From the IMG/VR virus record IMGVR_UViG_3300036045_000523, positions 2,117 through 66,116 of that record: a DNA stretch of 64,000 bases; one strand, given 5' to 3'. A program made the position numbers and the translations under genes. The stretch's first letter is position 1; the number at the start of each line of letters is the position of its first letter. The stretch is from a virus (taxonomy: Duplodnaviria > Caudoviricetes). Shown here piece by piece: positions 57,872-64,000 of the stretch. Under the pieces are notes generated by a model. The model ran no database searches. It saw nothing but the letters and a program-made list of their open reading frames with translations, and was not told the origin of the DNA.

Positions 57872-58366
57872 ATGGCTGCTGTTGTCTTCCATCTTACCAA
57901 TACCGATAACGACGCCACGTGCTACAACGGAGGACACCTCCGCAACGCAGTGGCTCCCCCTCGTCGATACGCTATCGAACAGGGTGCGACATTCAATTGG
58001 CTAACCTTAGTATTGGAAGGAGATTTTACGATGTGGTTGCCTCGTGGGCAAATCCGCGATCGCTACGCCGAACAAGGAGGGTTAATTAAAGCATCTTTTT
58101 CTTTTCCACCGCTAGTACAGGGGAGCGCCAATTTACCAGGAGGGGGAACAGTTTTAGGTACTCTCATTCGCCCACAGCTTACCGATAAACAAACTACGTC
58201 CCTTGATTGGTTAGCTACAAAGATGAATAAACGGGCAACAGCTAAAGAACAACCAATAGCTGGTCGCAATGTTTGGGTGTACGATATTGAGCTAGAATCG
58301 CCTCAGGGTGAAGTCATCCGTATTGTAGAGGGGTGGGTTGAAGTTACACCGGAGGCGACGAGGTGA
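57872..58366 (+). CDS. Virion/baseplate accessory protein with an in-frame repeat
   Basis: IEQGATF...L...QT..L...VYDIEL....G.V.R..EG.V.V.PE.TR; insert ATCYNGGHLRNAVA. Confidence 0.7.
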   Translation: MAAVVFHLTNTDNDATCYNGGHLRNAVAPPRRYAIEQGATFNWLTLVLEGDFTMWLPRGQIRDRYAEQGGLIKASFSFPPLVQGSANLPGGGTVLGTLIRPQLTDKQTTSLDWLATKMNKRATAKEQPIAGRNVWVYDIELESPQGEVIRIVEGWVEVTPEATR

Positions 58367-58779
58367 CTAATTTAACAATTATTGCCGAGGGGGCAGTATC
58401 TCAAGTTATCGACGAAAAAATAACAATAGCCATAGCAACAAACGCCGCAGTCGGTAGCGGAAACGCAAATGCGACTCGATTAAAAGTCCCTTTTTCTTGG
58501 GGTGATGCAACACCAAAATTAATTGGCGTTGTCCAAGGATTTATTAAACGCGCCAGTATCATTATTGTTACGCCTTTTAATTCACCCTCGGTTTTGACCC
58601 TAGGTGATGACTTGAATTTGCAGCGGCTTATCACAACAGGAGCCAACAACCCGCTTGCGATCGCAGAATACGAAACATCACCAATAGTCAACTATGTTTC
58701 AGCGACTGAAATTAAGTTAGCGATCGCTCTAGGGATGGGTAATACTCAAGGTTCTGGTTTTGTAATTTTGGAGGTCTAA
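58363..58779 (+). CDS. Putative structural protein
   Basis: Coupled gene; beta-rich domain similar to the C-terminus of 58781..59452. Confidence 0.6.
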   Translation: MTNLTIIAEGAVSQVIDEKITIAIATNAAVGSGNANATRLKVPFSWGDATPKLIGVVQGFIKRASIIIVTPFNSPSVLTLGDDLNLQRLITTGANNPLAIAEYETSPIVNYVSATEIKLAIALGMGNTQGSGFVILEV

Positions 58780-58780
58780 G

Positions 58781-59452
58781 ATGTCGGCTTGGAAAGATTT
58801 ATTTGGGACACTTTTAACTAAATTTCAAATTGGACTGACCGGAAATACCCTTAAATCTGGGACAGGAGGACGCCTTGAAATACGTGATACAAATGATTCT
58901 GCTTTCTCTCCTCTTGCTGCGAATAGGGTCGATGTTGCTGGGAACGACATTATCATAGGCAGCGAAGGCGCCAATACTCTGACCTTGAGGAGAAATGGAA
59001 CTCAATCATCTGCCGTAACCTGGACTTTTCCGGCGACAGCAGGAACAGCAGGACAAGCCCTAGGCACAGATGGCTCAGGTAATATAACTTTTATAGCGAT
59101 CGCGGGAGGTAGCGACAAAGTAAGTAGCGATGTAACTACCCTCGCATTTGGCGACACATCACCAAAAAGTATGTTTACGCTTCCCGCTAATGCTGTAATT
59201 AATGCAGTGAGGGTAAATATTGATACTGCCTTTAATGGAAGCCCGACTATGAGTGTTGGGACTAGCGGCGCAACAAGCAAATATGTCGCCACAACCCAAG
59301 TTGATTTAAAAAGAGCAGCGGGGACAGTGTTTGAAATTTACCCAGGGTTGACGCCAGTTGGTACAAGTGAGGCGTTACAGATTGCTTATTCTGCTGGTGG
59401 TGCAACCGTAGGCGCTGCTAGAGTTGAGGTATTTTACGATATTCCAAGCTAA
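58781..59452 (+). CDS. Tail fibre/structural protein
   Basis: T.TFP...GT.GQ.L.TDGSG motif; LPANAVI..V.V....AFN. Confidence 0.65.
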   Translation: MSAWKDLFGTLLTKFQIGLTGNTLKSGTGGRLEIRDTNDSAFSPLAANRVDVAGNDIIIGSEGANTLTLRRNGTQSSAVTWTFPATAGTAGQALGTDGSGNITFIAIAGGSDKVSSDVTTLAFGDTSPKSMFTLPANAVINAVRVNIDTAFNGSPTMSVGTSGATSKYVATTQVDLKRAAGTVFEIYPGLTPVGTSEALQIAYSAGGATVGAARVEVFYDIPS

Positions 59453-59934
59453 TGGGTTTATTTTCTGATTTAATTGGGACAATCGCTGACGCTATGCAGA
59501 TCGGGCTAGGGGTGGGTCAGAAAACTTTGAAGTTTGGCGATCGCGGTTCATTATCTTGGAATCCATCAAGCGATCGCAGTATCACCTTGCCAGATACAGA
59601 CGGCGTTCTAGCGATGGCAACAACAACTGTTTTCGAGGTAACAACCTCTAAAACGATTAGAACTGACGATAGTGGCTCTTTGCAATTCTGCACCAATGCA
59701 GGGGCTATTACTATCACAATCCCAGACGGGTCTGAATTAATCCCAAGTTTTAGTATTATCGAGGTGCAGAGAGATGGGGCGGGTACAGTATCCTTTGCTG
59801 TGGCTCCTGGGGTAAGTCTTCGTCGTCTAGGAACCTCGGCGACGACAGGACATCAAATAGTAGCAAGATACACCAGCTGTTATCTACGCAAAATCAATGA
59901 TTTTGAATGGCGAGTATTTGGAGCGATCGCCTAA
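59452..59934 (+). CDS. Tail fibre-associated protein
   Basis: ITLPD..G.L; DSG.......ITITIP...GAG.V...W...G. Confidence 0.65.
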   Translation: MGLFSDLIGTIADAMQIGLGVGQKTLKFGDRGSLSWNPSSDRSITLPDTDGVLAMATTTVFEVTTSKTIRTDDSGSLQFCTNAGAITITIPDGSELIPSFSIIEVQRDGAGTVSFAVAPGVSLRRLGTSATTGHQIVARYTSCYLRKINDFEWRVFGAIA

Positions 59935-60713
59935 TGCCAATGCCATTAATAAATCAACTACACCCTGATATAATCGCGTGGCTTGGACGGCATACAAACA
60001 CTCAGCCTACACCTGAGATGGTTGCCGCAACAAATGAATTTGTGGTTTATTGCTATAAAAATGGTTTACGTGACCCAAACGGTATAAACCATATAATTCA
60101 AAGTTGTTTTATCGCTGCTGGAAGTTTTTCTAAACTCTGGTTTCGGTCAAATGAATCTGAATCCCTAGGTATTCTAGGCTCGCCTTCTTATAGCACTTCA
60201 GGAGGATACAGCGTATTAGCTGGCACTCATGAACTGCGATCGCATAACGCAAACTTATGCAATACTAACGATTGCTGTTTATTCATTCATAATTTAACCA
60301 ACAACGGAATCAAGGATTTTTTTGGGACAACACTATCTAGCAATAGATATTTATTACATCCCCGGTGGCTTGACGATAATAATCTGTATCTTGACGCTGG
60401 CAATACAGGCACAGCTAGGGTTTTCACCAATAACGGAACTAACAGCACTGGGCTAATCATTGGGACAAAACTAAACTCTACAGTAACCGCCTACCAGAGA
60501 GGCACACAAATCGCGGTAAAAACGAACGCCCCAACAACAGGCTTAGTTTTTCCTTCTGAGCCAATAACTGTTATGGCTAAAACTTTAAGCGACACCGCAA
60601 CTACTAGATTAATTGGTGGCTTTGGCACTGGGAGGGCGATACCTGGTAGCGCGATCGCTGGTTTTACAACCGCCTGGAACGCCATTCAGCAAGCAGCCGG
60701 AAGATTAAGCTAA
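59934..60713 (+). CDS. Lectin/LamG-like putative receptor-binding protein
   Basis: Beta-rich; ends Q.A.GR. Confidence 0.5.
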   Translation: MPMPLINQLHPDIIAWLGRHTNTQPTPEMVAATNEFVVYCYKNGLRDPNGINHIIQSCFIAAGSFSKLWFRSNESESLGILGSPSYSTSGGYSVLAGTHELRSHNANLCNTNDCCLFIHNLTNNGIKDFFGTTLSSNRYLLHPRWLDDNNLYLDAGNTGTARVFTNNGTNSTGLIIGTKLNSTVTAYQRGTQIAVKTNAPTTGLVFPSEPITVMAKTLSDTATTRLIGGFGTGRAIPGSAIAGFTTAWNAIQQAAGRLS

Positions 60714-62143
60714 ATTTCGCCTCGTAAGAAACGCTGATACTGTCTTGCGCTCAACTTAGTAGGGTCAGACAGAAACGTGTGAGCGCCAGACAATGCGTCT
60801 ACAAAGTCATTTGTTAGGGGCTTAGGAGTACCATCAAATTTATGGATTGCAGTGAGGAAGCGATCGCACCATTCCTCTTCAACTAAATTCACCTTACCTT
60901 CGTAGATATCGTTGGCTACTGGCTTAGCTCGTGTAAGCTTGTCGCCTTGTGGCTTTACTCCTTCAACAAAATATCCTTCAAGTTGGTGAGCAAGATATTG
61001 GCTGACTCTTTTCCCTGCGCTGCCGCCTTCTTCTTCCCAAGCTACAAATACATTTTTACCGTCGCGCTTAGCGGTTTCAATAATTAGTTGATCGCTTGCG
61101 ATCGCGTCAAGTTGTAATGCGATCGCAGAAATCACATCATAAATACCATCTTTTACACCAAGCAAAACACCAGCTGTAAAAAAACTGTCTTTATTCACCT
61201 CTTTAGCAGTTGCGGCCATGTCCCAAAATCGCACCATAGCATCATATCCACCCCTAGGTGCATCAATTATATTAAACCAAGCACGATTAAAGACTTTACC
61301 TCCTCCCTTCGCGTCAAGAGGTACGCACCCTAGTTCTTCCTCCGCTCCAATCCCGTAATCTTTGTAAAGCTGGTCAATCCATCTTTCTTGTGACGCGACC
61401 GCCCATTCCCAACCATTCACCATGCATATTCTTTTATATAATCCCTCCCTAACCGCACTAAGTAGCGTCATTTTATGTAAAGAGTAGCTTAACTCGCCCT
61501 TGCGTATCTCTTCGCATAATTGGTTAAATGCATTTTCAACCCCGTTGTGGGTGGAAATAATACGGACTTGCCCGCCCCAGGCAAGTACCGCCATCGCTGC
61601 TTTCCTCAATTCATCGAGGTCTTGGTGAAACGCTGCCTCGTCAATTACGATCGCCCCCTTCTTTGCTCTCAAATTCGCAGGCTTGCTTGATAACGCTGAT
61701 ACTTTATACCCTGTAGCAAATCTTACCCTAAAAACTAAAATATCTTGGTCTTCATCTTTTAGCACCTCCTTTTCAATTACCGAGGCTACCAGATTGTAAG
61801 ACTTTGCCCACCACGCGACATCACTGATGTACTGCTCAGCCATGTCTTTGTTGTAGCCAAGATACCAAGTATCATAACCCTTAATTCTTGCGGCATCTAA
61901 AGCCGCACCACCAGCATCCGCCCAGGAAATACCGATCCGGCGGGATTTCTCGCACACCTTGACACGAGAGCGATCGCTAACCCATCGCCCCTGATAAGGC
62001 AACAGAATCGGCGGACTATTCTGCCAATCCCAAGATTTTCGCTCGTATACTTGCTGCTTCCTCTTCTGTAAGCCCCGCTCTAGAGTTTCCTTTGTTACTT
62101 TCGCTAGAGACTTCTTGGAGATATCTGTTAAATAAATCGGCAT
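60710..62143 (-). CDS. terL: Terminase large subunit (Mu gp28-like); start uncertain
   Basis: LLPYQ, EKSRRIGISW, IDEAAF, IIST, WDMAAT, NDFVDALS. Confidence 0.92.
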   Translation of the reverse strand: MPIYLTDISKKSLAKVTKETLERGLQKRKQQVYERKSWDWQNSPPILLPYQGRWVSDRSRVKVCEKSRRIGISWADAGGAALDAARIKGYDTWYLGYNKDMAEQYISDVAWWAKSYNLVASVIEKEVLKDEDQDILVFRVRFATGYKVSALSSKPANLRAKKGAIVIDEAAFHQDLDELRKAAMAVLAWGGQVRIISTHNGVENAFNQLCEEIRKGELSYSLHKMTLLSAVREGLYKRICMVNGWEWAVASQERWIDQLYKDYGIGAEEELGCVPLDAKGGGKVFNRAWFNIIDAPRGGYDAMVRFWDMAATAKEVNKDSFFTAGVLLGVKDGIYDVISAIALQLDAIASDQLIIETAKRDGKNVFVAWEEEGGSAGKRVSQYLAHQLEGYFVEGVKPQGDKLTRAKPVANDIYEGKVNLVEEEWCDRFLTAIHKFDGTPKPLTNDFVDALSGAHTFLSDPTKLSARQYQRFLRGEI

Positions 62144-62609
62144 CTTTTACTACTACAGTACATCCATACTCTGATGCAGCTGCTATCAGCTGGTCTAGTG
62201 TGTTTATTGGTCGTGGGATAACTCTTTCTATTGCCCATTGGGGCGTTGGGCGGTCTTCTTCTTTGCTCGCTTCTTCCGTATGTATTTGATACCACTTTAA
62301 GGAACCGTCTGAGTTGTAATGGTCAATTCGTTTTGTGGATTGCGATCGCCATCTTATACGGTGTCCATTCTCTAATGCATCATTTAACTTATCTCTTGCT
62401 TTTTTAACCTGAGCTTCTGGGCAATATTTTCTAAACTCTTCCTTAGCGCGTACAACCGACTCAGAAAAATCAGGATATTTGCTCTGCCAAGTATAAAATG
62501 TTTCATGGCTTATACTACCAGCCAACCACCCAGACTCATCACAACCATCGCAGGCGATCGCTTCTAATATTTTCTCAACTGTCTCCTCGGTGTACTTACT
62601 TTTTGCCAT
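62016..62609 (-). CDS. terS: Terminase small subunit
   Basis: SKYT.E....I...I..G...IS.ETFY.W...PDF; C-terminus GLTEEEAASIRAKILG. Confidence 0.8.
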   Translation of the reverse strand: MAKSKYTEETVEKILEAIACDGCDESGWLAGSISHETFYTWQSKYPDFSESVVRAKEEFRKYCPEAQVKKARDKLNDALENGHRIRWRSQSTKRIDHYNSDGSLKWYQIHTEEASKEEDRPTPQWAIERVIPRPINTLDQLIAAASEYGCTVVVKDADLFNRYLQEVSSESNKGNSRAGLTEEEAASIRAKILGLAE

Positions 62610-62778
62610 GTGATATTTTGTGCAGTTATTAACACAATGTACAATTACGTATTTGCTTATGTACATAATACCAAGAGATTGGAAAGGTCTTATCAAAGCT
62701 TTCATCCGTCGTGCAGATTCCCACAACGAGATTAATAGAAGTTACTTTCCTTACCATCAAAAAATATTTGTGTGGTTA

Positions 62779-62807
62779 TTGACACAATGTACAGAATACG
62801 TTACTTT
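62779..62807 (+). promoter_or_regulatory. Sigma70-type promoter sharing an extended motif with 27549-27574 and 62619-62644
   Basis: TTGACA-17 nt-TACTTT; TTGACACAATGTACAG is identical to the copy at 27559. Confidence 0.6.
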
Positions 62808-63009
62808 ATATTTAAGCGGCTAAGGGCACTTGGCGTTTAGGTCGGAAAACGATTAAAGCACTTGCGCGTTAGCATTAACGACGATTGCTTGAAAGATTAT
62901 CGCATCAGCGCTTCTTCTGGTAAACGGATACCTGCTTACATGTACCCAGCGTTCCATACGAAAGTCGAAAACTGTGTAGTCGAATATTGCAATGAAACGG
63001 AGTTTAATC

Positions 63010-63198
63010 ATGCCTAAAAGAAAAGTAACGCCAGCAAAAATAGCAGCCGATGCTAAGTACAAAGCGTCAGTTAAACAAATTACGCTTCAACTTAAAACCG
63101 ATTCAGAAATTTTAGCTTGGCTGCGATCGCAGGTAAATAATGACAGAGAATTACCTCATCTTGTTAAGCAAATTATAGCAATAGCTAGCAACAATTAA
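63010..63198 (+). CDS. Small DNA-binding-like protein
   Basis: A.AKY...VKQITLQL..D.EILAWL.SQ.N. Confidence 0.6.
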   Translation: MPKRKVTPAKIAADAKYKASVKQITLQLKTDSEILAWLRSQVNNDRELPHLVKQIIAIASNN

Positions 63199-63262
63199 AT
63201 ACGCTTACAATGCACGTTGTCCATCAAGTTTGAAGCCTCGGAGACTAGCGCCGAGGCTTTCG

Positions 63263-64000
63263 TTATAAAGGATGACTAATAACAATAATTTTATTTATAT
63301 CTCTATTAGCAACTATAAAATGAGCATCTTGCCCATCTAAATCTATTTTTATTGTTGTATTCCATAATGTGATACTAGTTACCGTTCCTTGCTTTTGTCC
63401 AGGGAATTTAACAACAGTTCCAACATACAATATTCTATCCCAAAATATCTTAATTGTAGCCAATATATCTTTTAAACTGTCCTGTCCTGCAAATCCAAAT
63501 ATTGCCAGTGTGACAGCGCCTATATTTAATATTGGAGTGATGTCAATCCCGTTTGTAGCAAGCAATATTACAAAGCCACATACCCATAAAACTAATTTAA
63601 TTATTGACGCTGCAACTGGAATAAAAGTTAAATAATTTGTTTTGTCTCGGTTATTAAGCTGAATATTATTTCTGACTATTTTAGATAACGCGATCGCACC
63701 TACCGAGACAAGCGCCACCATCGCCAACGCACTAAACAGAATAATTTGAAACGTTACTAAGAAATAGGCGATCGCGTAAGTATGCTTCCAATATGGGGTG
63801 ATCGCATATGCAACACCAGCTACAGACCCAACGCCAAAGCCGAACCATCTAACGTCTGACCCAATTTCGCTCAACCAAGAATGTATTAAGTTAACTGGTG
63901 TTACTCTTTCTAATCGTGTGCCGATTAATTTACCGCTTACTGATAGAACAGTGAATATGATTCCGCCCACAATCGCTCTCTTTAGTGTATCGTCTAACAT
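63263..64000 (-). CDS. MscS-family mechanosensitive channel protein, lacking the C-terminal domain
   Basis: L...GIDIT......LAIFGFAGQD.LKD....I.I..D....VG..V.....GTV..I.L..T.I. Confidence 0.8.
   Translation of the reverse strand: MLDDTLKRAIVGGIIFTVLSVSGKLIGTRLERVTPVNLIHSWLSEIGSDVRWFGFGVGSVAGVAYAITPYWKHTYAIAYFLVTFQIILFSALAMVALVSVGAIALSKIVRNNIQLNNRDKTNYLTFIPVAASIIKLVLWVCGFVILLATNGIDITPILNIGAVTLAIFGFAGQDSLKDILATIKIFWDRILYVGTVVKFPGQKQGTVTSITLWNTTIKIDLDGQDAHFIVANRDINKIIVISHPL

Larger units (their letters stand above)
13789..57955. repeat. Dispersed 45-nt hairpin repeat family, consensus core AGCCACTGCGTTGCGGAGGTGTCCTCCGTTGTAGCACGTGGCG
   Basis: Copies at ~13789, 16424, 16973, 19104 (half), 22190, 22911, 24217+24262, 25751, 25820, 29592 (degenerate), 33298 (nested pair), 35088+35130 (minus), 43799, 44071 (half), 51011, 52617 (half), 53275, 54595 (half), 57913 (minus). 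Confidence 0.95.
12270..64000. mobile_element. Contractile-tailed prophage; right end outside the window
   Basis: Repressor/cro, replication genes, portal, protease, capsid, sheath, tube, baseplate and terminase are all present. Confidence 0.9.

Noticed and set aside
13789-57955. 45-nt repeats as a CRISPR array
   Set aside because: They are dispersed, in both orientations and mostly intragenic, with no regular spacers and no cas genes.
30494-60713. Diversity-generating retroelement or invertase shufflon acting on tail fibres
   Set aside because: No reverse transcriptase, TR/VR pair or invertase was seen in the window.
61990-62143. TerS-TerL frameshift fusion suggested by the 128-nt overlap
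   Set aside because: An in-frame TTG at LPYQ just after the terS stop explains it without recoding; cannot be resolved from sequence.
1-64000. High GCGATCGC density as a novel repeat
   Set aside because: This is the well-known cyanobacterial HIP1; used only as a host indicator.

Overview
HIP1 (GCGATCGC)-rich cyanobacterial DNA, most likely from a heterocyst-forming Nostocales, made almost entirely of mobile DNA. The only recognisable host sequence is a ~71-codon internal piece of the uptake-hydrogenase gene hupS (12041-12253, minus strand), with repeat-rich att-like DNA on both sides. Left of it (1-12 kb) are an XisA/XisC-type tyrosine recombinase, a convergent excisionase-like gene, an IS200/IS605 tnpB, and a family of modular proteins with a constant N-terminus and variable C-termini. 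Right of it (12.3-64 kb) is most of a contractile-tailed prophage: immunity, replication, a C5 methyltransferase, an FtsK/VirD4-like membrane module, a GGDEF protein, scrambled head and tail genes, terminase, and putative head-packaged effectors. A 45-nt structured repeat occurs about 20 times in the prophage, mostly in frame inside genes. The best reading is a hupS gene split into at least three pieces by two large excisable elements, one of them a tailed prophage. All family assignments come from motif recognition by eye; no searches were run.
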